Shown piece after piece: positions 1-13,244 of a stretch of DNA of 64,000 nucleotides (its first letter is position 1; each line of letters begins with the position of its first letter). Location: the NCBI RefSeq assembly GCF_028641065.1, contig NW_026576285.1, positions 62,001 to 126,000 on the forward strand. Direction: 5' to 3'. Both the position numbers and the translations under genes were made by a program. This stretch comes from Leucoraja erinacea. Its lineage: Eukaryota. The notes under the pieces were generated by a model that was not told where the DNA came from, ran no database searches, and was given only the letters and a program-made list of their open reading frames with translations.

Positions 1-575
1 GAATAGGCCCACAAGTCACTGGCAGACCTAGTCCAAACCAACGTTTTAGTCCATATTACTCATCCACTGATTGAGGCCACATTATTCAGCTCCCTTCTCC
101 ATAAAGTTTAGTTTAGTTTATTATTGTAATGTGTATACAAATACAGTGAGATACTATGTTTTGCATGCCATACAGTCATAATACACCATACATGAGTGCA
201 ATGATAGACAAGTAAGTGCAGTGGGTCATTGGGTCAGTGCAGGTGCAGTGGGTCATTGTAGAGATCACAAGAACAATGATGTATTTGTTGGCTATGAGAA
301 AAGTCTGTTCTGCAGCTCAATTGCGTCATGACTGATCTACTCCTGACCAGAAGAGTCTGTAACCAATAACCCACAACTTCCCAAAGAAACAAATCCATCC
401 TTCTCAGTAACGTAATGAATCTACACTCTGCAGTTGAAGATTCCCACCATTCGTTATCATCTGGGAGAAAATAAAACAATTTTCTCCTCAGTTTGAAACC
501 TTGGCCTCCAAGGTCAAGTTTCCTCCATGAGGGGGAATATCAAGAACAGGAGGAAATAGAAGAGTGGTAGGCTAT
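1..575 (+). repeat. Local duplication, copy 1 (partner at ~18959-19515)
   Basis: High identity to 18959-19515; the ORF track shows near-identical 81-aa and 117-aa minus-strand translations. Confidence 0.9.
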
Positions 576-1241
576 TGAAAAAGCTACTTATCTTAACTAC
601 TAAACCAGGTTCGCTTCTTAATAAACAGACACCACACAAACGGTTTGGTAGACCAGTTCAAAACTTTACTTAACATCGGCCGATGGAAGGGAGGGAGAAC
701 TCCAGTCAAGTGACCAACACAGACACTTGACTGTCCTCAGCCACCTTCCCTTAACAACAGAATTACATTGCCTTAAATAGGGTTTTTTTACCCCTTATCA
801 CATTCCACAGACATTAGTCATGGTCAGAGGTACTGGAAAAGGTTTCCACAGAATGCATCACATCAAACCTTTTTTTTACATGGTACAAGATATACTAAAA
901 ACATTGCCATTTGCCTTATCTCCAAATAGACCACCCCTAGCTCTTTTCGCTGCTTCCTCTGTCATTTGGTCCCTCATAAACATAGGTCATTTGTTTACAA
1001 AGATGTGACTGTTTATTTCTCTCTTCCTTTATTGCCTCCTCCCCCATAAACATTGGTTATTTGGTTTATGGCATCTTACTTTCAAAGATATCTCTCTAGC
1101 TCCTTCACTTGGGAGACAATGTTATCTCACACACCCCGCAACCTGAGGAAAGCCTAATTTGACACTAAATATAAGCTGTAAGCTAGCCCAGAAACCAATT
1201 TAATATCTTCTTATATTTTTAACTAAAACTCGGCTTCATCA
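576..1241 (-). repeat. ERV 3' LTR (666 bp)
   Basis: Direct repeat of 6090-6757; preceded on the minus strand by the polypurine tract AAAAGGATGGAA (1242-1253). Confidence 0.95.
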
Positions 1242-3099
1242 TTCCATCCTTTTATCAAAATTTTGATAACAACTACAGTCCTTCCTGAGTACATACGAAA
1301 GACCATAAGCATCTCATCAGACAAATTAATAGTACACTAGTAACCCAATCAATTCATAGTGGACAATCGTTTCACAAGTCCCTCCAAACATTTTAAATGG
1401 CCACCAACCTTCCCCGGACGTGACACTATAATATACTACCATAGGACAGGAAAAGGATCATAAAAATTGCTCAGCCTTTATTCGGCTTCGCTTGGAATTC
1501 CCCGTGTGCTGGTGTAACTGGTTCATGCTTCTCTTGTGTGGCACTGCATTTGCAACATAACAATGCCCTGTCACAAATATACTGTTTCCTTAAAATACAC
1601 CAGTGCCTTGGTTGTGGCAAAAACAGGTAGATTTAACTGGCCTTTGCAGACTTCTTACTGTCTGTAGTCAGGGTATCTTTGCTGCGCTTGTCATGTTTGA
1701 CTTCAATCTTGTTTAAAAGGAGGTGTGTACCATCCTTTAAATGTGGGTTAGTCCGCAAGTTTGCCATTCTGAAGAAAGTTCAGTCCATGTGGGCTGGGCC
1801 ACCCCAGAATAAAGGAGCATCAATAGCCCATCGTCCTTGTTTCCACAAACTGTTCACAGTCAATCAAATGTATCCAGCGACGATGATCTTTCATCTTTAC
1901 AGCAGTTCATGTTGTTAGCAACACTTGGTTGTTCTTTTCAATACAGTTTCAATTTCTTCTTGTCCCAGCACCCCCGTCATCGTATAGCTTTTATGGCTCC
2001 CAGCAAAGCTCCTCCAACCTGGGAATGTAGATCTGGCAAGACATGGGTTAATTGCCGACCATACATAATTAGTTAATTGCCCAGGGCCTGTTGGTGGCTT
2101 CCCCCCACTCTCCAGGGGCAATAAAAAGTTGTAAATCTTGTTCACCAGCTGAGTTTCTCCAGCACTTTTGTCTACCTTTGATCCTGCATGTTCCTTCCTA
2201 ACACTTACTTCGCTGTGAATTTATTCTATAATCCGATTATAGAAGAGGCTCTCCCCACCTAAATATTCAATTCTCCAAATATGTTCTCTTCCCCAATCTA
2301 CTTTATCTTCTCACCTTTCATCCCTCATTGTGAGTTCCCTCAAACCTCCTTAGTCATAAGACAATTTTTTCATCTACCTTCATTTCTCGCACACAGCACA
2401 TGCTACAGCAACATCTTTTTGTTTGCTTGAAAACAGTAATCTTGCTTCATTTACATTTTAAAAGACAACCTCTGTTATCATATCAAAACAATCTTTTTCA
2501 AAAGAACTCATTCAGAATCAGTAATCAATAATACATTTACTTTTCTCTGTAATTTTAACATTTCCAATCTCATTTAACACTTTAATCGGGATGAGTCTTT
2601 TTTAAACTTGGTTCAAAAGATTTATAATCAACCTTCACATTAGCACACCATAAACTTTGTATATTTGCATTTTAAAGGACAACTTCTTAACAAGTGACAC
2701 ACAACTTTGCTCATTGCTTCGAATTTCACACATTCCACATACAAAAAACATTGTTTTACAAGCAGTACATATACAAAAAACATTGTTTTACCAGCAGTAT
2801 ATAATATTTCATTTTCAAAGACATCTCTTTGTAATTTACTTTCCCTTTTTCTGGCAAGACTTCTGTTTACCAAAATCCTGGTTACCTAACCCTAATTGGA
2901 CATTGATTCAGATCATGATTAGTCAGACTCCCCTTAACTTTTCAGTCTCCCTATCCTATCCTCATTTCACCATTGAATTTTCCTGCATCCCCAATTTTTT
3001 ATAACATAGTTGCTTGTCAGAAAAAGGATTTACCTCCTGGGTAATTTTGTTTTGCAATCCCCATTGACTCTTTCCACCATCCCAGATGCTTGTGGGTGG

Positions 3100-3935
3100 T
3101 GTACACAGTGAATTGCTGTCAGATATTAAAATGTGCACATTTTTCCTTATTAACAGTGGTTGGTAGAGCTTCACTCCACCTACTAAATAAATCTAAAATT
3201 ACTACGCAATATTTATAACACTGGGCCCTTGGCATTTCAATAAAATCAACCTGTATGCATTCAAACGACCATTATGGCATTGGGGCACCTCTGAGGGTAT
3301 CCTAATTGGTTTGCCTGGATTATTTCATTAGCAAATTTTACATTCAGAGGCCTGCCACCACATTTCCTTTGTTATCCTATCATTCCCTCCTTACCAGCAT
3401 GGGTAAGACGGGTAAAAATGTATCGTTATACACCAACTTGTCCAAGCGGGGTGTGCTGAATCAATGGCACAGCCCTCTTGTTTCCATAGTTATTATTATA
3501 TACAAGAGGCGTCCCTCTGTAATGTACATACCTCCCTCATGTTTGGCAGGACCGTTCTATTTGCTAGCATCTGTTTAGCTGCTGGCACTATGCATTTGGA
3601 TGTACAGGCTGCACTGTTTGGATACACTATCAGCAACCCATTGCCTTTTGCTATAGAGTCCCCAGCACCAGTGTGTGCAGTACATTTAATAATGATCAGC
3701 TGTTCTGGTAGCATCAATGCCTTAAACAAATTACGCACAGAAAGGCATTCCCGTGCTCCCACTCCTGGAGAGCTTTGTAAGGTCAAAACTTCAAGGTATA
3801 GGGATGTTACTGACGGAACTGTCCCAGGTAAAGATGCCATTGCTACTGGTAGGGCATAGGGAGGTGGACATCTCACAAGATTATCTAACTCCTCCTCATT
3901 TTCATTACCAAATAGGGTCATCGTGCCAGACATGA
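3100..3935 (-). pseudogene. pol: Degenerate ERV gag/pol remnants: PPPY late domain, RNase H C-terminus, integrase HHCC and core
   Basis: RCPPPY; LFKALMLPEQLIIIKCTAHTGAGDSIAKGN(fs)AD is RNase H; THAG..CKIC; FECIQVDFIEMPRAQCYKYCVVILDLFSRWSEALPT is the integrase core. Multiple frameshifts and stops. Confidence 0.8.
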
Positions 3936-6070
3936 AGTCTCCTCCAGAGGATTTACCAGTACTGGGTTTATTTTTTACGAACCATCACCTGTTTCTCACC
4001 TCCTGCCTGTCTTTTAATTCTATTCTCTTGTTCCTCTGCCCACTGGCATTCTTGTTGCAATAATTTCCATCCTTTCCTAGTGCTATCCTAGTTTCTTAAC
4101 TCTATCTAGCAAAGTTACAAAATTGTGAGATTTTAAAAAATCAAGTCTGCAATTTATCCCATCAGATACAGCATAACAATAAGTTTAATTTGACACCTAA
4201 TTCACTTTCATATCTCAAGTAATAAAAAAGTATGGCCATTTTCATACTCGGAAATTAGCATCTTATTCCCTATTGATTTTCTATGGACATAACAAAAAAA
4301 CTGTGATCATGGACCGTCAAAAGCCCATAACCTTCTTAAAAATTAAGAGAACTGAATGAAATTTTCAGTTATCATAGATTGAACCATTCTGACACAAATA
4401 TAAAATAATCTTACTTGGATGACCTGAAATTAAAGCATATAATTAGTTAGTTACCCAATTGTAGCTAATTTCAAACTTCAATTACTAGATCTAAACATCT
4501 ATCCAATTCTTAATAAATGATTAACATTTTTAAACAGCCTAAGTGTCCAAATAATATTCACAAATAATTCACAATAAAACATGATTTTTAAATCTCATTT
4601 ACATCAATTTATAGGCCAAATGGAAGGAACTTAGTGTTCAATTGCTGTAAATTCAAGTCTATTTTAAATCGGCTTTCTAGTGGGTTCCTGTGAAGAAAAA
4701 TACTGCGGGATATAAAAAGCCCAAAATGAGCTACTCGCTATAGAAAACTTTATTTACAGGGTTCTTAAGAAGCCCCTTTTAATGTAAACATAAAGTACAT
4801 ACCGGTACTTGTTTGTTGTATAAAACCCTGGGACTGCGAGAGGTCGAGGATCTAGAGAATGACCTCCAAACTACTACAACCACCATACAAGGCCATAAAA
4901 ACCAATAACACCCTTTGCGACGGGGTCCCCCAGCGATTCTCCGTCAATGATTCACTAGGCTGAACATTTTCGACTGCAACAGCCCAGTAAAAATCGCGTT
5001 TTAAACCTGCCCCCTCTAAACAGCGCCAAAATCACGCACACGGCCTCGTCTTACATGCAGTATCCATCCAACTTTGAACTCTACTCTCCTCATGCTTCTC
5101 CTCTGTTCCTGATTTCCATGTTTTAATTCCTTTCTTCCATTTCTTTCCTGTCTTCCTTTCCCATATCAACACCTCTGCTTATTTAATTGTCTCAACATTC
5201 CATGTGCCCCCTACAGGCCAGGCATCATCCCCTAACCGTTTGGTCAACTTGTAACTTAACATTCTAAATTTCTTATTATACTTAGGATTCAAATAACACA
5301 TATATTGGACCGGTATCCAGAGCATTCCCCATAGATAGATAGAAAGAGAGAGAGAGAGAGAAAAACAGACTTCTTAATTCCGAATCGTCCCAAATATATC
5401 AACCAGGCCGACCCACTAAATGAGACCCCAGTTTCTCAACCCCAGTTTCTCAATTTTCTCAATTTGGCTGACTTTTTAATTCCTTTAATATACGACCCAA
5501 GTGTCTCAACGAAGCAGACCCGCGAACCGAGACCCCAGTTTTTTTTCAACTTGGCAGACTTCTTAATACTGTAATATACAACGTCACTTATTTCTCAACC
5601 CGACAACTCTTCGGATGTCTCAATAAGCCAGACACACACCTCAACCCCCGTATCTCAACCCGACAAATCACGGATATCTCAACAAGGCTGATGAGCCCTT
5701 AGTAGAGAGAGAAAAAGAAAACAAAGAGAGATAGACAGAGAGAGAGAACCACTCACGTCCTTCTTAACAATATACATAAGACCTTTCTTAAAAATACATG
5801 CACAAATACATACACAATTCTGTCTTAAAAATACATACACAATCCCTTCTTAAAAAAAACATATAAAGCCCAACTGGTCTTACCTTAGTCTGTGTCTAAG
5901 AACCTCGGCAGGGAACCAATTCAACCTCTGATGAAGGATCACAGACGTTCCCGGGAGTTTCTAGGGAGTCGGTCTTACAAGGGGGCCGATAGAGCTCAGT
6001 TATCTCCCTTCCAATCCCGGCAACCTCTGCAACCGCTTGCACAGTCAGCCGTTGATGTGGTCCCAGCGAG

Positions 6071-6088
6071 GCCTGCATAACTACGCCA
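6071..6088 (-). promoter_or_regulatory. Primer-binding site, tRNA-Ser-like
   Basis: TGGCGTAGTTATGCAGGC, 1 nt after the LTR; resembles the complement of the vertebrate tRNA-Ser 3' end (TGGCGTAGTCGGCAGGAT). Confidence 0.75.
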
Positions 6089-6089
6089 A

Positions 6090-6757
6090 TGAAAAAGCTA
6101 CTTATCTTAACTACTAAACCAGGTTCGCTTCTTAATAAACAGACACCACACAAACGGTTTGGTAGACCAGTTCAAAACTTTACTTAACATCGGCCGATGG
6201 AAGGGAGGGAGAACTCCAGTCAAGTGACCAACACAGACACTTGACTGTCCTCAGCCACCTTCCCTTAACAACAGAATTACATTGCCTTAAATAGGGTTTT
6301 TTTTTACCCCTTATCACATTCCACAGACATTAGTCATGGTCAGAGGTACTGGAAAAGGTTTCCACAGAATGCATCACATCAAACCTTTTTTTTACATGGT
6401 ACAAGATATACTAAAAACATTGCCATTTGCCTTATCTCCAAATAGACCACCCCTAGCTCTTTTCACTGCTTCCTCTGTCATTTGGTCCCTCATAAACATA
6501 GGTCATTTGTTTACAAAGATGTGACTGTTTATTTCTCTCTTCCTTTATTGCCTCCTCCCCCATAAACATTAGTTATTTGGTTTATGGCATCTTACTTTCA
6601 AAGATATCTCTCTAGCTCCTTCACTTGGGAGACAATGTTATCTCACACACCCCGCAACCTGAGGAAAGCCTAATTTGACACTAAATATAAGCTGTAAGCT
6701 AGCCCAGAAACCAATTTAATATCTTCTTATATTTTTAACTAAAACTCGGCTTCATCA
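6090..6757 (-). repeat. ERV 5' LTR (668 bp)
   Basis: Direct repeat of 576-1241; immediately followed on the minus strand by the PBS. Confidence 0.95.
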
Positions 6758-6835
6758 CTATCAGCCCCATAGATAGTCACCAAACTTGTCCCACCATTCA
6801 ATAAAATGATCACTGATCAGTTGGCCTCAGCTCCT

Positions 6836-7325
6836 TAGTTTAGTTTGATTTAGAGGTACAGCATGGAAACAGGCGCTTAGGCCTGTCCTGGCCAGTGATC
6901 CCCACAAACTAACACTGCCCTACATACACTTGGGGCTAATTAACCTGCAAACCTGTACGTCTTTGGTGTGTGGGAGGAAGCTGGAGCCCCCAGAGATAAC
7001 CCACGCATGTCAAGGGGAGAACGTATAAACACCATACATACAACCCCCGTGGTCAGGATCAAACCTGGTCTCTGGCACTGTAGTAACTCTACCGCTGCAC
7101 CTCCGTGCCACCTACACTGTTCTATCCTCTACACATGGGACAATTTACAGATGCCAATTAACCTACAAACCTGCAGGCCTTTGTAACTGGGAGGAAACCA
7201 AAGCACCATGGGAAAACCAATGTGGTCACAGATAGAACATACAAAGTTGGTACAGTCAGCACCCTTAGTCAGGATCAAACCTGTCACAGGTACTGCAAGG
7301 AAGTAACTCTACTGCTGTGCCACCG
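6836..7325 (-). mobile_element. Two HE1-like SINE copies
   Basis: Reverse-complement matches to the SINE at 15058. Confidence 0.7.
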
Positions 7326-8229
7326 TGAGGCCCTTCTGTTTAAAATGTTGGTTGCAAGTTCTAACTTTATTCATGAGGTTAATCGTCAAGAACACGAGAA
7401 AAAATAACAGGAGTAGACTAAGAAGTAGTTACATTACCCCTTAACTGTCAATTGCTTGAATCTTTCAAAGATGTCTCTATCTGTTCTTAAACATATTTAA
7501 TGCCTTGGTCACCACAACCTCTGGGCAGAGAATTCCAGCGATTCATTCCCTCCTGAAAGAAGTAATTTTTATGTACCTCAGTTTTAAACAGCTGGTCCCT
7601 TATTCTGTAGTTGTTTCCCATTGACTTTAGACTTTCCCACCAGTGAAACATCTCAAGTTCTATCATGAAAAGCCCCTTAAGATATTGCATGTGTGAATAA
7701 GGTCATTCATCACTTTCAACACTCCAAGGAATGCAGACCTAAAGTGTTAACCTGTCTTGATGGGACAACCTTTTCATCTCTTGACTTAGTTTGGTGAATT
7801 TCATCTGGTCTGCATCCAATGCTCCTATACCCTTTTAGTGTTAAAACTGTGTGGGGTATTCCAGTTATTGACTCACTATCATCCTGCATAATTCCAATAT
7901 AACCTCTATTTCTTAAATTCCATCCCCTTTGCAGTAAAGACTGCATTTATTCCATTGGTTATTGGGCCTGCTGCTAACTTATTTTGATGCATGCACTTGA
8001 ATACCAAGATCACTATTGAACCACTCATTTACAGTCTCACTCCATTTAGACAATAATCCACCATTTAAGGTTTAGCTTGAGGTTTGTTATTATGATGTGT
8101 ACCAAGGTACGGTGAAAAGCACTGTTTTTACTGCTGTATATATAAATACAACCAAGGCAAACGCAAGTACAATATGCAGACTGAAGGATAAGGTACAGAG
8201 TGAAGAAAATAGCTCTCAACATTATTGTT

Positions 8230-8810
8230 CAACAATTCCAGAGACAAAATCCAAAGGTCATATTCTTAAAAGGAGAATTGGGACTTGGTCCTAACATATG
8301 GAATGACCATTCGAAAGCTTGATAACAGAGGAGAAGAAGCAGTTCCTGTGTCTGATGTTCTGCATCTTTAAGTTCTGCATCTTCTGCCTGATGGGAGTAG
8401 AGACAAAATGAATCACTAGTGTGAGCAATGTTTTTGACTATGTCGGCTGCCTTGCTGAAGCAGCAGGAAGTGTAAATGGAGACAATGATGGGCAGTCTGG
8501 TCTGTGTGATAGACTGTGCTACTTCCACATCTCTCTGCAATTTCTTGTGGTCTTGGGCAGAGCTATTCTGAAAACAAGCTGTGACGTAACCTGATAGGAT
8601 GCTTTCTATGGTACATCTGTGGAAGTTGGTAAGAGTCATTGGACACGTACCAAATTTCCTCGGTCCTCTGTGGAAGTTGAGGCATTGGTGTGCCTTCTTG
8701 TCTGTCACTTCAATGTGGTTGGTCCATCAAGGTTTGTAGGTAATATTTACACAATAGAATTTGAAGCTCTCAACCATTTCTACTTTAGCACCATTGATAC
8801 TGATTCGGAC
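8230..8810 (-). mobile_element. Rex1/Babar-like LINE RT C-terminal remnant
   Basis: KKAHQCLNF..FHRCTIESILSG.. is a decayed match to the element at 27755. Confidence 0.75.
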
Positions 8811-9121
8811 ATGCTGACTTGATTTCACATGCCAAAGAGCATGACTCGAAACATCACCCATTCCTGCTACCTAGAGATGCAGCTAGCATCTGCAGTTCCT
8901 TCCTACACAATTTGGCTGCTCCACTGAGAAATCTCCTCAAGGTATGCCTCCAACGAGAGTTCTGCAGTCCAAAAATGGGTCTCGACCTGAAACGTCACCC
9001 ATTCCTTTTATCTAGAGATGCTGCCCGTCCCCCTGAGTAACTCCAGCATTTTGTGTCTATCTTCAGCATGAGCTCACAGTTTCCCACATTAGCCAGGTTT
9101 TGACTAAACACTCAAGCTATC

Positions 9122-12100
9122 TATATAACCATATAACAATTACAGCACGGAAACAGGTCATCTCGGCCTTACAAGTCCGTGCCGAACAACTATGTTTCCC
9201 TGGTTACACAAAAAAGCTGGAGAAACTCAGCGGGTGCAGCAGCATCTATGGAGCAAAGGAAATAGGCAACGTTTCGGGCCGAAACCCTTCTTCAGACTGA
9301 TCGGGGGCGGGGGTGGGCGGGGACAAGAAAGGGAAAAGGAGGAGGAGCCCGAAGGCTGGGGGATGGGAGGAGACAGCAGGGGGGCTGAGGAAGGGGAGGA
9401 GACAGCAAGGACTAACAAAAGAAACTATGTTTCCCTTATTCCCACCTGCCTGTACTCATACCATAACCCTCCATTCCCTTCTCATCCATATGCCTATCCA
9501 ATTTATTTTTAAATGATACCAATGAACCTGCCTCCACCACCTCCACTGGAAGCTCATTCCACACCGCTACCACTCTCTGAGTAAAGAAGTTCCCCCTCAT
9601 GTTACCCCTAAACTTCTGACCCTTAATTCTGAAGTCATGTCCACTTGTTTGAATCTTCCCTATTCTCAAAGGGAAAAGCTTGGCCACATCAACTCTGTCT
9701 ATCCCTCTCATCATTTTAAAGACCTCTATCAAGTCCCCCTTAACCTTCTGCGCTACAGAGAATAAAGACCTAACTTATTCAACCTATCTCTGTAACTTAG
9801 TTGTTGAAACCCAGGCAACATTCTAGTAAATCTCCTCTGTACGCTCTCTATTTTGTTGACATCCTTCCTATAATTGGGCGACCAAAATTGTACACCATAC
9901 TCCAGATTTGGTCTCACCAATGCCTTGTACAATTTTAACATTACATCCCAGCTTCTATACTCAATGCTCTGATTTATAAAGGCTAGCATACCAAAAGCTT
10001 TCTTTGCCACTCTATCTATATGAGATCCCACCTTCAAGGAACTATGCACGGTTATACCCAGATCCCTCTGTTCAACTGTATTCTTCAATTCCCTACCATT
10101 TACCATGTACGTCCTATTTTGATTTGTCCTGCCAAGGTGTAGCACCTCACATTTATCAGCATTAAACTCCATCTGCCATCTTTCAGCCCATTTTTCCAAA
10201 TGGCCTAAATCACTCTGTAGACTTTGGAAATCCTCTTCATTATCCACAACACCCCCTATCTTGATATCATCTGCATACTTACTAATCCAATTCACCACAC
10301 CTTCATCCAGATCATTGATGTACATGACAAACAACAAAGGACCCAACACAGATCCCCGAGGCACCCCACTAGTCACCTGCCTCCAACCCGATAAACAGCC
10401 ATCCACCATTACCCTCTGGCTTCTCCCATTCAGCCACTGTTGAATCCATCTTGCTATTCCTGCATTTATACCCAACAGTTGAACCTTCTTAACCAACCTT
10501 CCATGAGGAACCTTGTCAAAGGCCTTACTAAAGTCCATATAGACAACATCCACTGCTTTACCCTCGTCAATTTCCCTAGTAACCTCTTCAAAAAATTCAA
10601 GAAGATTAGTCAAACATGACCTTCCAGGCACAAATCCATGTTGACTGTTCCTAATCAGACCCTGTTTATCCAGATGCTTATATATATTATCTCTAAGTAT
10701 CTTTTCCATTAATTTGCCCACCACTGAAGTCAAACTAACAGGTCTATAATTGCTAGGTTTACTCTTAGAACCCTTTTTAAACAATGGAACAACTTGCGCA
10801 ATACGCCAATCCTTGGGGACTATTCCCGTTTCTAATGACATTTGAAATATTTTTGTCATAGCCCCGGCTATTTCTACACTAACTTCCCTCAATGTCCTAG
10901 GGAATATCCTGTCTGGACCTGGAGACTTATCCACTTTTATATTTTTCAAAAGTGTCAGTACTTCTTTTACTTTGAACCTCATAGTATCCATAGCTACTCT
11001 ACTAGTTTCCCTTACCTCACATAATTCAATATCCTTCTCCTTGGTGAATACCGAAGAAATAAAAAATGTTCAAAATCTCTGCCCCATCTCTTTTGGCTCT
11101 GCAGATAGCTGTCCACTCTGTCTCTCCAATGGACCAATTTTATCCCTCGTTATCCTTTTAGAAACATAGAAACATAGAAATTAGGTGCAGGAGTAGGCCA
11201 TTCGGCCCCTCGAGCCTGCACCGCCATTCAATATGATCATGGCTGATCATCCAACTCAATATCCCGTACCTGCCTTCTCTCCATACCCCCTGATCCCCTT
11301 AGCCACAAGGGCCACATCTAACTCCCTCTTAAATATAGCTAATGAACTGGCCTCAATTACCCTCTGTGGCAGAGAGTTCCAGAGATTCACCACTCTCTGT
11401 GTGAAAAAAGTTCTTCTCATCTCGGTTTTAAAGGATTTCCCCCTTATCCTTAAGCTGTGACCCCTTGTCCTGGACTTCCCTAACATCGGGAACAATCTTC
11501 CTGCATCTAGCCTGTCCAACTCCTTAAGAATTTTGCAAGTTTCTATAAGATCCCCTCTCAATCTCCTAAATTTTGCTATTAATATAGCTGTAGAAACCCT
11601 TTGGATTTACTTTCACCTTACTTGCCAAAGCAACCTCATATCTTCTTTTAGCTTTTCTAATTTCTTTCTTAAGATTCTTTTTACATTCCTTATACTCCTC
11701 AAGCACCTCATTTACTTCATGCTGCCTATAATTATTGTAGATCTCCCTCTTTTTCCGAACAAGATGTCCAATTTCCCTTGAAAACCAGGGCTCTTTCCAA
11801 TTTTTACTGTTTCCTTTCCACCGAACAGGAACATGAAGATTCTGTACTCTTAAAATATCCCCTTTAAATGTCCTCCATTTCTCTTCTACATCTTTCCCAT
11901 AAAACAAAATGTCCCAGTTCACTCCTTTTAAATCATCTCGCATCTCATCAAAGTTAGCCTTTCTCCAATCAAAAATCTCAACCCTTGGTCCAGTTCTGAC
12001 CCTCTCCATAATTATATTGAAACTAATGGTATTGTGATCACTGGACCCGAAGTGCTCCCCAACGCATACCTCTGCCACCTTTCCCGTCTCATTTCCTAAC

Positions 12101-12780
12101 AGGAGGTCCAGCACTGCCCCTCCTCTAGTAGGTACCTCTATGTATTGCTGCAAAAAACTATCCTGCATTTTACAAACTCCAACCCATCCAGCCCATTTAC
12201 AGAATGTGTTTCCCAGTCTATGTGTGGAAAGTTGAAATCTCCCACAATCACTACCTTGTGCTTACTACTAATCTCTGCTATCTCCTTACATATTTGCTCT
12301 TCCAATTTTCGTTCCCCGTTTGGCGGTCTATAATACACCCCTATAAGTGTTGCTACACCTTTCCCTCTTCTCAATTCCACCCAAATAGCCTCCCTAGACG
12401 AGCCCTCCAATCTATCCTGCCAAAGCACTGCTGTAATATCTTCCCTGACTAGCAATGCAACACCTCCACCTCTTGCCCCTCCAATTCTATCACACCTGAA
12501 GCAACGAAATCCTGGAATATTTAGTTTCCAATCACAGCCCTCCTGCAACCACGTTTGACATCGCCACAACATCATCCACCTTTCTTACAATGCTCCTAGC
12601 ATTAAAATATATACATTTAAGAAACCCCCCGTTTCTTATTCTCTGTTTATTTCCTTTTTTTTCTTTCTCCTTTTGTGTCCGAGTGCTTCCCTTTTCTGCT
12701 TCCTGCCTCCCATTGTGTCTACTAGCTTTCTCTATTTGAGTCCCTCGCCCCAACCATTCTAGTTTAAAGTCTTCCCAGCA
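9122..12780 (-). mobile_element. CR1-clade LINE (family B, ATATGGTT tail), near-complete ORF2 (APE + RT), disrupted
   Basis: CIYFNARSI, GVYYRPP, VGDFNFP, SSDH endonuclease motifs; [37 protein letters not shown] motifs. Nested inserts at ~9203-9420 and 11158-11570. Confidence 0.92.
11158..11570 (-). mobile_element. CR1 family A 3' fragment nested in CR1-B
   Basis: [34 protein letters not shown]; (TTTCTATG)n tail. Confidence 0.88.
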
Positions 12781-13244
12781 GCCTTTGGAAATTTCCCCGC
12801 TAGGATATTGGTCCCCCTCACTATATCCTGTTGTAGAATCATACTTTCCACATTAAACCGTGCCATTTCATCTATTTTTGTATCATTGTCAAAACTGAGT
12901 CCTTACATTGGTTCCCTGCTCCAATTAGTTGAGGGGAGCCCTGATAGAAATATGTAAAACTATCAAAGACATGGATAGGTTTGGCAGAAGGTGCAGAAGA
13001 TTGAAGGCACGTACCACCAGCCTCAGCAACAGTTTCTTCCCCTCTGTTATCTGGCTTCTGAACAGTTTTTCCGTAGGTTATGGTAAGGTCTGATTTACCT
13101 CTATCCACCGAGATCATTGGTCTTTCTCTCTGGAACTGATGCGCTACAATGCTGAGATCGACATTCTGCATGATATTCCTCCCCTTTGAATTGATTATAT
13201 CTGTGTCTGGTATATCTAATCTGTTTGCATAGCATGGCATGCTT

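Larger units (their letters stand above)
576..6757 (-). mobile_element. Endogenous retrovirus (class I, gamma/epsilon-like), internally deleted and non-autonomous
   Basis: Two TG..CA LTRs, 4-bp TSD CTAT (572-575 and 6758-6761), PBS, PPT, and degenerate gag/RNase H/integrase remnants. Confidence 0.92.

Noticed and set aside
820-1008. Duplicated 62-aa ORF (also 6336-6524)
   Set aside because: Lies antisense within the two LTRs; the duplication is explained by LTR identity.
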